Below, in pieces: positions 21,824 to 33,710 of a stretch of DNA of 64,000 nt. The notes beneath the pieces are model-generated. The model was given only the letters and a program-made list of their open reading frames with translations, was not told where the DNA came from and did no database searches. Position 1 is the stretch's first letter; the number at the start of each line of letters is the position of its first letter. The stretch covers positions 5,022,001 through 5,086,000 of the forward strand of contig CAKKNE010000002.1 in the NCBI GenBank assembly GCA_918797485.1, given 5' to 3'. Both the position numbers and the translations under genes were made by a program. Source of the stretch: Pelagomonas calceolata. Its lineage: Eukaryota.

Positions 21824-23664
21824 ATGGAGGTAGCACCAGCCGAGGAGCCCTGGCGCCGCGGCCTCTTCGACGACGACGATTACATGAAAGCGCCGGCGAC
21901 GCCGCCGCGACCGCCACCGGCACCAGCGTCAACGACCGACGACGCGCCGTCCAAGGCGCTGCGGGCGCTCGCGCGCGCGCTCGCGACACCAGAAAAGCCG
22001 CCGCCGCCGACGCCTCCTCCAGTGAAGCCGCCGTCGCCCGTCAACGTTCACCATGAGACGGACGCCGCGGCGGCTGCTGCAAAAGCCATGGAGTCCCGAT
22101 TTAACCACGCTACGGCGCGTTTGATGGAATCCGACCAGAGGCTCCACGCGGCCGAGAAGGAGAGAGATAGAGCTATAGATGGAGAAGCTAGAGCTTTACT
22201 TGAGCTCGAGGCCGCGACGCAGCGATGCGCCGCGGCGGAGGCCGCACGAGCGGCATCGGACGCGCGGTCTTTATTCATGGAGGCGCGGTCGCATGACGAC
22301 GGCGGCGACGCGGCGCGGCGGGCGCTGGCGGACGTGCGCAAGGAGCTCGACTCTGTAAGGGCCGAACTACTCCGGGAGAGGCACGCGCACTTTGAACGAG
22401 CGGAACCGCCCGACGCGATGGCAGAGACGTGGACGCGCGCCGTCGACCCATCCACAGGCTACGCCTACCGCTTCGACGGGAAGGGCAACTCCGTCTGGGA
22501 GGCCGCGGACCCGCCCGACGAACGAGAGGTCGAGGAGGCCTACTTTTCGACTGTTGAGGAGGAGGGTCCCCAGACAATGCTAGCGGCAACTCAGATCGAG
22601 TGCTCCCAGTTGAAAGCGCATTGTGCATCACTGCAAGCGCAGGTCGCGTCCATGCATCGCGACGCGGTCGCGCTGCGGAAGGAGTTCGTGAAGGCAACGG
22701 GCGACCGCGACGCCTGGCGCGCCGCCTGCGAGGACGCGCGGCGGCCGCCGCGCGACCCCGACGCCGCCAGCCTTCGCGCGGAATTGATGGAGGCCCGCCG
22801 CGAGCTCGAGAAGCGCGGCCGGGAACTCGCCGTTGAACGGTGCAGGGCCCAGGCGGCGGTCCGGAAGCGCGAGACTATTTTGAAACGGAACGAGGCGCTG
22901 GAGGAGGAGGTCGCGGCGCGGCGTCCTTCTTGCCATCGCTGCGCGTCGCGTCGAGTCGCGCGCCATCGTCGCGCGTCACGCAACACGCCATCGCCGCGTG
23001 TCACGGTCGAGTCGGGGGTCCAAAGTAAGTAACGACGCAGGTCGCGACGGCGAAGCGTTTGGCAGCGGAGGCGAAGCTCGCCGCGCGCGCGCGCCGGGGC
23101 TTCGACGCCCCTGATGTAATTGAGGCGCGGCGCGAGACGAAGGAGGCCCTCGGCAAGGCCGCGGATTTAGCAAGGGAGGCCGCACGCGTCGCGACGCATC
23201 TGGCCGGCGCGCGCACCGAGGCCGACGCCGCCAAGGCCGAATTAACAGATCTGAGAATCAAGCTCGCCGCGGCCGTCGAGGCGTCCACAGTGGAAAAGCG
23301 CAAGAGCTTCGCGGCGGCCAAAAACGCGGAGGCGGCGCGGGCCCAGCTGCTTAAACAAATAACAAGGGCCGACGCGCTCGCGGCCGGCAAGGCCTCGGCC
23401 GACGCCGCGGCGGCTCATTCAAAGCGCGTCGCCGAACGCGCGAAGGACGCGGCGCACACGCGCGTCTCGCGGGCCGCCGCCGAGTTCACGCGCTACCGCG
23501 AGGCCGTCGAGAGGCGCCTGCGGGACACGGCCCCGCCACCGCCGGCGGCGTTCGAGCGCATGGGCAGCGCGTCGGCGCGGCACCTTCGCAAGAAGCGCGT
23601 GTTGTCTCCTTCTGTCCACCCGCGGACGCCCGTGGCGACGACTCGGCGGGGGTATGGGCGGTAA
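21824..23664 (+). CDS. Coiled-coil protein with a WW-like domain
   Basis: WTRAVDPSTGYAYRFDGKGNSVWE. GT-AG intron 22910-23040, flanked by GTCGCGGC/GTCGCGAC, joins EEE|VATAK. Confidence 0.7.
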
Positions 23665-23709
23665 TTATGAATGTGTTTTTGAAACTACAAGCTTACCAGC
23701 GGAAACACT

Positions 23710-24401
23710 CTACTTCGAGATGCAGTAGCCGAAGAGCTTCCGCATGGACCCGTCGAGCTTGTCCAGTTTGGCGGTCAGCAGCGTGAGTTTTTTGGGAGTT
23801 CTCACACCCTCGTCGTTGTACTTGGACGCCGCCTCGGCCTCGGTTATGTCCTGAATGACCGCCCGCGTCAGGCGGTCGACGCCGCGCTGCGTGTCCTCGT
23901 CCCAGATGGGGGTGAGTTTGTTGAAGGTCGCGCGGACCTTGACGATGTCGTATTCCTTCTTTAGGACCTTCCCGACCTGTGTGGATATAAAACAGTGAGT
24001 GCGCCACGCGCGAAGCTAGCTCGATGGCGTGGAGGTCATGAGACGCGCCTCGACAATTTGGTTTATGCACTGTTTCCGACGTCGAACTGGTTGTCGTTGC
24101 TCAGCACCTCGCGGAGCTTCACCACGCCGACGGCGTAGGATTTGAACTCGTTCAGCGCACCCTGCACGCTGCCGCTCCGTAGCGCGTCTTCGTCGAGCAC
24201 AGCGTCGGCCGCCTTGACGATGTCCATCGAGTAGACGCCCTCGTAGGCGTTCGCGGCCGTGCCGATCAATGCGGCGGCGCCGCCAAGGAGCGCGTTGCCG
24301 AACCCTCGTCGCGCTACGGCGTGCTTTTGGGCGCTGGGCACTGACACAGGTGCCAGCGCCGTGGCGGAGCCAAGCATCAACGCGAGGATCACTCGCTGCA
24401 T
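23710..24401 (-). CDS. Plastid thylakoid-lumen protein of unknown function
   Basis: Signal peptide, transit region and twin-Arg TAT peptide (RRGFGNALLGGAAALIGTAANA). Intron 23977-24080 joins NQFD|VGKVLK; stop TAG at 23710. Confidence 0.75.
23977..24072. mobile_element. Introner (family A)
   Basis: CTGTGTGGATAT left end, degenerate right end; TSD TTCCCGAC/TTTCCGAC (7/8). Confidence 0.85.
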
Positions 24402-24718
24402 GGCTACGGACGTTTGCGGCTGGCTCACAGCCCTACACTTGCAAACGAGCGGATTGTGGGCGCCAAAAGCAAGTATGACAGGGACTTGAGGTGTCGTGGT
24501 CTAGAGCCCGTGTGACGCTGGCTGGACAAACATTAATCACTCTTTTGCTGCAAGTGCAGGCAATGCGAGGGCACCAGATGTTAGGGACCGTAGTATTGTG
24601 GCGCATTGCATGGCTGTGTTGGATGCCAAGTCGTTTCTCTGGTAGAAACCGCGCCTAGGAGCTTGCACTAAGTCTGCCACAGCACTGACAGCAGTGCAAT
24701 ACGCTATCGACGCGACGC

Positions 24719-26166
24719 ATGGCAAAAATGGGCAGCAAAAAGAAACACAACAAGCAAGAGCAGCCGCCGCGACGACCCACCTGGCTCATCGCCGCTGCCG
24801 TCGCCGTCGCCGCAGCCGTCGCCGCGGTCGTCGCGCAAAGATCGGATCCCTTCCGCGACCTCGACGACGCGGCGGTGGCAACCGCGGCCTTTGAGGCCCT
24901 CCGGGACGCTCAACCTAAACGAGCGAGGGCCGCCTTCGCCGAGCTCGTCACCCGCGACGCCGACGACTCGTTCGCCTGGTCGTGGCGAGGGCGTGCCGAG
25001 GTCGCGCTAAGCGACTTAGATGCGGCCGAAACATCCTATACGCGAGCGCTGGAGACGCTCCCGCGGCGCCTGTTTGATGAAGACGACAACGAGCGGCGAA
25101 CTATGAAAACAAGGCGCGCACAACTCATGTTGGATCTGGAACGCGTCCGAGGCCGGCTCGAGGCCCGAAGCGCTCCCATAAACTCCGTGACATATCATGA
25201 GATGGAGAGGAGGCACTGGCGCGACGTTGTTCCTAGTGACGAACCCCTCATCCTCACCGGTTTCTCCACCGTTTTAAGTTTGGACCTCATCACGGACCGC
25301 TGCGGTTCAAAACAAGTGAGATCGCGACGGCGCTCCCCGAACTCGACGGCCTGGGCCGCCATGAATGAAGGTGAAGAGACGACCATCTCCGAGTTCATTC
25401 ACTCTCAGCAAAAAGACGCCGCGGTCTTCGACTGGCCGTTGCAGTACTGCCCCGATCTCCTTTCAGAAATTGAGGTGCCGCCCTTCGCGGCCCTCGATCA
25501 TGTGGCGACGGCGTACGGCCCATCTTTATTTATATCCTTCTCTGCCAAGGGCGGCGGCCCGCACGTCGATAGTGGTAGTACGAAGTTCTGGCAGCACGTC
25601 CATGCTGGAAGGAAGGAGTGGTCGGCGGCCGGCGTCTCTGAACTTCGTGGGGCGCCTAGACGCCATCGACGCGACTCGTCCCTCGCAGGCGCGTCGCGTC
25701 CGTGCGGGACTGGCCTAGGTTGTTTGCCACGGATGACAACTGGAGACGGGCCTTCTTCCGCGACGCGCGGTGTTCTGGCATTTTTGGGAGTGTGCCGGCG
25801 GAATGCGACGACGGGTTTGGTGCGGCGCCCGTGGATTTGTTTGATGAGAGCGCTCTCCATAAAACGACGGTGCGGGAGGTCTGGCGCGGCGCCGCGCTAC
25901 CGGGCGAGGTCGTCTACATTCCCATGAACGCGCCGCACCAGGTCCGCAACGCGCCCGACGAGCCCACAATTGCGGTATCGATGAATTATGTCGATGGGGG
26001 CAACCTGGAGGCGGCGCGCGCGGCGAGTTGGGCGGCGCCGGCCTACCACCCGAAGTGGCTCGCGCGCCTCAAGGTGCACGGAAGGGCCGTGCCGGGGTCG
26101 CGGGCGCCGTGGTACGCGCGGCAGCGCATCGCGCTTGCTTCTGACGAGCAGTGGGTGGGGGACTAG
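24719..26166 (+). CDS. TPR plus JmjC-domain protein
   Basis: TPR-like helices; GGPHVD...GRKEW|RV...PGEVVYIPMNAPHQVRN...AVSMNY. Intron 25621-25688. Confidence 0.8.
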
Positions 26167-26616
26167 GTTTTGTTGTTGGTTGTATCCCTGTCATCGGTTC
26201 CTGGTGCGAGACCACGGTGCCTCCGGTTCATAGAGGCTGCGAAGGCTACCAAGCGTCTCGTGGAGTGCTCTCTAAGGACGAGTGGTGGCATGGAGGGCCA
26301 CCGCGCGGCGCGCCGGCACTTTGGCGCGTAGCTCCGGTACTCCTGTGTGAACGGAGGACTGTTGTACCTGCTGCCGCAGTGCGGGGAGGCCTCTCGGCAA
26401 TTTTGCCGATCTCGCAGTGGTGATGCAGCTATGGCTCGACCTAGATTGCAAGGCCGTGATCTCCGCCCGTGAGCCAATATTAACAGCGTGCTGCGCGTCG
26501 ACAACCCGCCGCGTGCAAAGCTATCCTCACGCTGCAAAAGCAGCGGTCCATTTTCTCTCTACCGCGGCTTTCCGGCAGCGACCACTGCTAAGCCTTATCC
26601 AAGTGCCCGGACAGCG

Positions 26617-27594
26617 ATGATCAGACGAAGAGTGCACCTCTGCGCCCTCTGGGCCGTCGCCCAGGCCCTCGTCGCCGGTCCAGCGACGACGACGCGCGCG
26701 CCGCCGCGGCCGTCGACAGTCGTCGCCGCCGAGCCCGAGGTCGCCGCGCCCGAGGCGCAGAGCGCCCTGGACCTCACGCCGGCCGAGCGCGCCCGGACCT
26801 GCGCCTCGCTCGGCGTCAAGCACGGCGCCGCGCTCTCGACGCAAACGGATAAATTGGGAGGCGCCGCGCTGTGCACCTTCGCCGAGTACGTGCTCGACGG
26901 CGACGGCGCGCCGGTGCTGCTGCTCGACGCGCGCCGCGCGGAGCACAGCAAAAACCTCCAGGCCGACCCGCGGTGTAGTCTGCTGCTGCAGGCGCGGGAC
27001 CTGGACGACCGGGCGGCCGCCGTCGCGCGCGTGACCATCGCGGGCACGGCGACGCCGGTGCCCAAGAGCGCGGCCGACCGCGTCGTCCTCGAGACGCAGT
27101 TCGGCGTCGCGCACCCCTACGCCGATGCGCTCCTCGAGGACGGGCGCTTCGATCTCTGGCGTGTGGCCCCTTCCGAAATCTTCTATGTTGGCGGATTTGG
27201 CGTCGGCACGACGTGGGTCGACAAGGACGATTACACGGAGGCGAAGCCGGACGCCGTGGCTCACGAGGCCGTTGGTCTCTGTAAAACCCTCAACGGCGAC
27301 AAGCACGCCCAGGATCGTTCGACCATCGCCTCCACGCTGCTCGGCCTCGATGACTCCGAGGTACGCGTCGACGGCGTCGACCGACTGGGACTCGATGTGC
27401 GGGTCAAGACCCCGGATAGTACCGACGAGTACCGCATCGGCTTCCGCGTGCCCGCGCGAACGGTCGAGGACGCGAAAAGCGAAATCAACAAGCTGTTCCA
27501 GGAGGCGTGGGAGCTCGAGCAGGGCGTCGAGTACGCCGGCGCCTACGAGGACAAGCCGGCGGTGCTGAAGCGGGCGAGCGAGCCGGACCCGTAG
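26617..27594 (+). CDS. HugZ/pyridoxamine 5'-phosphate oxidase-like protein with DUF2470 (GluTR-binding/heme-binding type), probably plastid
   Basis: HSKNLQADPRCSLL, RVTIAG, FYVGGFG, WVDKDDY..AKPD, VDRLGLDVRV; N-terminal signal. Confidence 0.8.
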   Translation: MIRRRVHLCALWAVAQALVAGPATTTRAPPRPSTVVAAEPEVAAPEAQSALDLTPAERARTCASLGVKHGAALSTQTDKLGGAALCTFAEYVLDGDGAPVLLLDARRAEHSKNLQADPRCSLLLQARDLDDRAAAVARVTIAGTATPVPKSAADRVVLETQFGVAHPYADALLEDGRFDLWRVAPSEIFYVGGFGVGTTWVDKDDYTEAKPDAVAHEAVGLCKTLNGDKHAQDRSTIASTLLGLDDSEVRVDGVDRLGLDVRVKTPDSTDEYRIGFRVPARTVEDAKSEINKLFQEAWELEQGVEYAGAYEDKPAVLKRASEPDP

Positions 27595-27666
27595 ATTGTA
27601 TGGAGGGGGAGGATATAGTATGCTACTACGTTTACTTAGTGACTCGCCCGAGTCGCCCCCCGCGCT

Positions 27667-27797
27667 CTACTTCCAGTCGACGTAGTGCTCGAGCGTCAAG
27701 CACGCATCGACGACCGACATGTCGTTCGAGTCGTTCGGCGAGTCCCAAATGAACCGCGCTACAAGGTTCGAGGGGGCGTTCCACCTCAAGACCAACC
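27667..27797 (-). pseudogene. 3' fragment of a paralog of the 34472-35647 gene
   Basis: Translates LVLRWNAPSNLVARFIWDSPNDSNDMSVVDACLTLEHYVDWK*, versus ...VEARFKLMTEGDTSDMSLSDACLCLEHYVGWSE*. No 5' part found. Confidence 0.75.
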
Positions 27798-29088
27798 CGC
27801 CCGCCACCCGAGTCGGCACCCGAGTCCAGAACCGGAGCCGACGGCCCGCGCCCGGAGGGCGGGAGAAAAATTTTACGAGACGCTTCCCGAGTTTATGTTC
27901 GTTTCCACCCGTTTGTTGAGGGTAGATTCCATCTAGGCCGCCTGGGCGGGGGTGAGCTATGTTAGATGGTCTGTCAGAGCCTCGCGATTCGGCGAATCCG
28001 CGACTTCACGTTTATATATAAAGGGGCAGCTATTCCAGATCCGCGAGTATCAGCGACGCCACCATCCAGATGGACCATAACGCCGTTGTTCTATTCACGA
28101 TCAACCGACTTGCCCGTTCTCCGCGGACGACGGTGCGGAGACGGAGCACTGGAAAGGCCCCAGACCCGTGAGTTATGAAATAAAATTGAGTTTCAGGCGC
28201 TTCGGTTCCGGGACGGGCCAGCCAACCGGCCTGAACGTCTACTACATTGCTCCGAGACCCCAAGATGCTCGGCGCGGGTCGTCGGTCTCGCGGGCCCAAC
28301 ATCTTGCTTATATGAGCACGACACCCGGATCTGCGACCATCAGCCCGTGTACCATCGCCATGGACCATAACGCGATCATTTGTTTCATGACCGACGGACT
28401 TACGCGAGGTCCAGATAAAGATGTTCAGGTCCCGAGCGTGGGCAGCCAAAAGTACCCTTCTTATAATGTAGATGTCATATACTCGTAGTTGACTATCGCT
28501 GGGGTAGTATGGGGTCCAACGAGACCGCTACGGCGACTACTGGGGGGCCTCGGGTAATTGACGTTTTTGACGGGAACGGGGCGCCATCGGGTCCAAATTG
28601 CACACTTTTTTCGGGGGTAGATCGGCTCCTGGAGGCCTCTCGGGGTAGGTCTGGTGGTGGGTAGTCGGCTGTACCGCATAAGCCAGCGCTCGTGCCCTCC
28701 GAGGGCTCTGGAAGCCATTGCCAAGTAATTCATGGTCAAATGAGCCGCAGTGATGAGAGAATCGGTCGATTATGCCCCGAGCCCGGGCGCATGCGCTGTA
28801 GGCGCTTGCGCACGTCTACTACCGACCAAAAGCGACCCCCGAGAGACCTCCGGGCCACGCCTCGACAGGATTCCACCGACGCGGCCGTCATGGTGGGACC
28901 GTCAATATCGCGAATTAAAAAAATTATTTTTTCCGCCCCCCAGTAAGTGTCCCACCGATCTCTTTGAACCATGAACGAACGGAACGATAGTCTAAACACG
29001 AGCATGGCGTTTTTGCCCGAAGTTTCAAAAGCGGTAAAACTTGAACGGGTTGTGTGGATCTAAAATTATGAATCACGTATAGTTACGC

Positions 29089-32000
29089 TTACGATTTCTG
29101 GCGCTTCGCGTTTTCCTCATCCTTCACAAGCTGCTTGGCGACGGCCTGCACGTCGGCTCGGCATTCAGGGTTGCGGCGGAGCAGGGAGGCGCGCGCGATG
29201 GTCTTGGGCTCCATTCTCTGCCTCAGCACGTTATTAATGAAGGACGTGTCCCGGAAAGTGCGCTCGTTGCGCGCGGCCGCGGCGACGCCGCCGAGGTAGG
29301 CCATGGCGGTGACAGCTATATAAGGCATCGCCCGACACGCACCGTCCATTTTGGGCTTCTTCTGGAAGGTCGCTAAATCGAATTTACCCCTCATCCAACC
29401 CACCAAGGGATCAGCTGCTTTCCGTTCACCATCAATCGCCATGAGTGGGAATTCTTGCATGTTCAAAACGGGCTGGTTCAAGTACCTGTGAGAGAACGCG
29501 TTCCAGCGGAGCGAAGCCCTCACTCTCTCAAAATCCCGTAAAATACCGCGCCGTGGCCGACGCATCGACATCATTAGCCGCCCTCGTAGTAGCACTAGGC
29601 TTCAGCGTTGTCGGCTGTTGGCCCGCGTCGTCACCAGGAGCACCTCGCTGCCGCATCCTTGCAGCAAAACCAGACCGCATAGACGTCTGGCGCGGCGGCT
29701 GCACGGTCGGTGCAACCGGTGGCGGCGCAGGAGCTGTGGCCGGAGCCGGAGCCGCCGGGGCCCGGGTCTGCTGAAAAAAGTTATTAGTGATAGGTCGTGC
29801 GTTGTGGAGGGCTTCATCATTTTCAATTGCCTTTGTCAGTCGAACCTTCAAAGCAGCAACCGCATCGTCGCAAACAGTTTGCCAGTTGGTCGTGTACTGC
29901 GGATCGTCTATTTTATTCTGAAGGATCTGGAGGTCGTCGAAGAATTGACGCTTCAACCGCGGATCTACAATGATCGTTGCCGCCTCGACGGGCGACATCT
30001 CACCAAATACAAATTGCTTGAGCTTCTCCACCGTCGTGCTCAACATTGGTTTTGCGATGGCGTCGTCCTCGTATGATTCCAGCGGAACGTCTTCCTGTTC
30101 AAAGGGATTCACTACTTTAGGGCAGCTGATGCTGCTGCTAATCAATTCCTCGAGCACATACATCATCAAGACGCGCGCGACGCTCTTCGTATTATACCTA
30201 AGCGGGAAACCTTCACCGAACGTCGCGTGCCCCCTGAAGCCGCACCAGGACCTCTCCGGACCGCGGGTCGGCGCAGTGGCGGCGTGCGGTCGCGGCGACG
30301 GGTCGAGGCGCCGCCCCACGACTAGCGACGTGCCCCGGGCTCCGACGGAGACGCGCCGACCGAAACGCGGCCCAAACGCGCGTATCGCGGGGCTCACGCG
30401 ACCCCACCGACGCGGTTCGATTGGTGAAAGCTCAGTTTCTGACTCCGAGAACTACTCCTCGCCCTCGAGATATTTTTGAACGTCCATAATAGGCATAGCA
30501 ACTCCCAATATCTTGGCCATGGACCGATACTCAGAAATGGTAAAGTCCAGTTCCTCACAGCCTTCGTTAGCGCAGTACTCGTGTATGATAGGTCTCTGCT
30601 GAAAAATGGTCATGAGCATCAACGTCAAGGACCAGCATCTAGTCTTTCCATCAGTAACAAGTTTTTTGGCGACCATGCCGGGGTAGGGGATCCGTAGCCC
30701 TTCTTCGACGGCTAATTCATCGCTTTCTGCCGCACCACCTGCCTCTGCAAGGGCCACGAAGTCGTCGACGCCATCATTAGCTAGGAGAGCATACAATGCA
30801 TCAGTAATAAGAGTATCATTTTCATCAGTTGTGGGTTGGGCGTCGATGATTTCTGGATTCAGGCCCTCGGACAATTTGATGAGATCGTCCGCGGCCTTCT
30901 TCCACGCTTCGTTTGCATGCGTTGAGTTGCAGAATTTATTGGCTAGTCTGCGAGCTTTCTGGATGAATCGGCGGACACGTAGCTGTTCTTCAGTAAGATG
31001 CTTTTGAGCAACACATAATCCATGACATTGGACCTACGTTTCAGTGAATACGACCTTCGCGGGAAATTAACACACAAACTAAGTCGCCATCGACCGAAGG
31101 AGGCACTCGCTCGACTTCGGCACCGGATAGGACGAGGTCGAGATCATGAAGACGGCATGACTCGTGCCACAGACCGAGGCGGCGGGCCGATGCATGTACG
31201 CCACCGCCCGAGTCAGAAGTAAAGCTGAGAAAAGTAGCGCTAATGTCGGTCGTGTTAGAGTAGTTGTCGGACGGGATCTCGATGTCCGCAATTGGTATAC
31301 TAAGAAGCTCGTCGAAGTGATCTGCTGTGGCAACGGCAATGTTATGCCCGTTGTGCGAGCCCGGCAGGTGCACCAAGCCAGCCGTACGTGCGCAACGAAG
31401 ATCCTTGGTCCTAGTTGGATCAAATATAGGCTTAGCGCAGTGGTAGTCGAGGCCGAGGAAGGGATATTTACTTCTGGAAGTCCAGCAATCGGCAACGAGA
31501 TGTAAAAACGGCTGATTTGAATAAAACTTTTTCAACAGAGACAATTCGTCCCGCATGTTCTTGATCATCAGCTGCTCTTCTAGCTCGGCGGTCGGAGAGC
31601 TTGCGCCAACAGTTCTCGAGCACGGGCATCCCATGCTTCCATCGGATAATTTCAAAAAAATAGCGTCGAGCAACGGGTGATCCGCGGTCGTGTCGGCCAA
31701 ACCCGCCGAAGTAATCCAACGAGAAGTCATCACTTGAACAATAGCCTTGTCGAGCGGGTCGGCGGCATCTGCCTCGAGCGCGCGGCGGCGGTCCCGCCCA
31801 CCGTCCTTTCTCGGTTGTGCTACCTGTGTGGAAATCGATCGTTGAGCCAGGTCATCGCGAGAGAGGACTACGGGTCCCCACAAAAATCGACGCGACGGCC
31901 CGTCGGCACGGGTAACCGACGCTCGTGCATGGAGACGTCTTGTCGAGGGCTACCTAGCCCCATGCTGTCGACGGCAGCCTTCGTGTCGGTGACGCGACGT

Positions 32001-32486
32001 TTAGCCTCTCGAAATTTGACTTCTACACAGGACGTCTACAGATGGCCCGGTAATACCCATGGCGGCAAGTCTTTCAGGAGTATATCCCTTACACGCTTTT
32101 ACGTGTGACAAGAGATTGGACTGGCCGGATTTTGGAGAGCGCAATAACTTCAAACATCCATAGCAAACAGTGTCCGGCTTCGTATTTGGCTTCGCATCAG
32201 GTTGCGAAGCGGTAGGCATGTACTCATTCCCCTCGAAGATGCCCATGGCGCCTTTCGTAAATACATCTGGGACAACGGTTACTTGTTTGCGGTCGTAACG
32301 CCGGAAGAAGCCCGGTTCCGGTACATAACCTCTGACGACGCCGAGGTCGCCGTAATGTGCGTACTGTTGTGGGAGCTGCACCATTTTGCTGCCATCTTCG
32401 TCGTTGGTACTAATTATACCAGGACGATGTCTAATGCGCACATCTCTGACTACATTCGCGCCGCCGTCCTCGGCGGGCTCGGCCAT
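29089..32486 (-). CDS. hAT transposase, 5 exons, about 920 aa, apparently intact
   Basis: Exons 32486-32040, 31823-31134, 31033-30456, 30197-29547 and 29485-29089 total 2763 nt in one frame with GT-AG introns. BED-like finger CYGC...SNLLSHVKAC; catalytic D (VADCWTS), D (FTSDSG), CxxH (CRLH), TRCW, LEGEEYNT, DPR, and E in NERTF of the C-terminal region. Confidence 0.88.
31824..32030. mobile_element. Introner (family A) inside the hAT transposase gene
   Basis: CTGTGTGGAAATC...GACTTCTACACAG. Spliced as intron 31824-32039 (GPS|VAQP). TSD degenerate. Confidence 0.85.
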
Positions 32487-32771
32487 AAGTAGTGGTTTCA
32501 GGATGGGTAGTTGATGGCTAGTCTGGAGGCGGTGCACAGCGGTCGAGAACGTGCGCGCGGTGCCTGAACGAACGAATCTGGCAGCGCCTGGGACCCCACC
32601 TTTCCCGAAGCGCTGCAAATTCAATCCTAGCCGCGAGAGCAGCATATACGCGCGTACGCGTGCTGCACAGACCGGCACAGCGTGGCACACCCGCGCACAG
32701 CGCCGGCGCGACGCGTGCGCGACCTGCTAGCTTCAGACTTGGCGAGATCATGGTGAATTGGGCTCAGTCTG

Positions 32772-32929
32772 ACAGAGTTGCCAACTCTGGGTTGCCGAGT
32801 TGGCAACTAAAAAGGCTAGTGGCGACAGTTAGTTGGGTTAGTTGCGACCCGTCGCATCGGTTGTCCGGTTGGGAGACTTGTCGGAGACAACTAACCCAAC
32901 CCAACTCGAAACCGAGCAACTATGTTGCT
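32772..32929. repeat. Cluster of short inverted repeats (probable transposon subterminal region)
   Basis: CAGAGTTG-C-CAACTCTG; GTTGCC-GAGTT-GGCAAC; GTTGGGTTAGTTG versus CAACTAACCCAAC; GAGCAAC-TAT-GTTGCTC. Confidence 0.7.
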
Positions 32930-33710
32930 CCTTATTCAGCAACACCAAAAAGTGCCATTTTGACGGCGCGAACGTATTACAAGTCTTTGAACGTCCGTAG
33001 GACACATCTCGGACGTCATAGTACGTCGTGTGAATCGCCGCTCCGGTGAAACTCGCATATCAGAAGCAGTGAGAGCACTCAGAGCCAGCTGTGAGCCTGT
33101 GCTTCTAAGCGGTCCGCGCACGCTCACGCTCGACAGGGTTACCTAGAACGTCAAAGCGCACTCCAGCATGAAGTCGGTGGTGAAGTTGGTGATCGCGTGC
33201 CTGGCGGTCGCCGCGGCCGAGTGGCGGGACAACGACTACGATTGTCGGGACTACCAAGGTCACCGCGCGGGGTCCATAAAAAAGGGTAGAAGCCCGTTTT
33301 TGCGCGTCGATCCGAAAATTTCGGGGGACCGCTCGGAAAGGTGCTCGGGACACGTGCACGCGTCTGGGGGCGTTTACTCTCACGATGTTGCCGGCATTCA
33401 GCAGAGCCAATAAAGTGCCATTTTGACGGCGCGAACGTATTAAAAGAGTCTCTGAAGAACCGTAGGACACATCTCGGACGTCATAGTACGTCGTGTGAGC
33501 CGCCGCTCCGGCGAAACTCGCATAGTAGAGCAGAACTTTAGAGCACTCAGAGCACATAGCACTTGTGCTTCTAAGCGGTCCGCGCACGCTCACGCTCGAC
33601 AGGGTTACCTAGGACGTCCAAGCGCAGTCCAGCATGATGAAGTCGGTGATGAAAGTGATCGTGGCATGCCTGGCGGTCGCCGCGGCCGAGTGGCGGGACG
33701 ACGACTACGA
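32922..33710 (+). repeat. Direct duplication of about 320 bp (approx. 32922-33240 and 33385-33710)
   Basis: Long shared blocks such as AAAGTGCCATTTTGACGGCGCGAACGTATTA, CCGTAGGACACATCTCGGACGTCATAGTACGTCGTGTGA and GTGCTTCTAAGCGGTCCGCGCACGCTCACGCTCGACAGGGTTACCTAG. Confidence 0.9.
33168..33240 (+). pseudogene. Truncated 5' copy of the 33634 gene
   Basis: MKSVVKLVIACLAVAAAEWRDNDY versus MMKSVMKVIVACLAVAAAEWRDDDY; similarity stops afterwards. Confidence 0.7.

Larger units (their letters stand above)
27798..32922 (-). mobile_element. hAT-superfamily DNA transposon (boundaries approximate)
   Basis: Contains a transposase and has lower GC than the flanks. The left limit is the truncation of the pseudogene. 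The right limit is a cluster of GTTG/CAAC inverted repeats ending ...CCGAGCAACTA, where the tandem duplication begins. A matched TIR pair and TSD were not found. Confidence 0.65.

Noticed and set aside
23710..24401. Naming the lumen protein Psb31 or PsbQ'
   Set aside because: The targeting signals fit, but I cannot match the mature sequence to either family with confidence.
29050..29060. TTGTGTGGATC as an introner-like left TIR of the hAT element
   Set aside because: The match is short, and no CCACACAG partner or TSD was found upstream of the transposase, so it is not accepted as a boundary.
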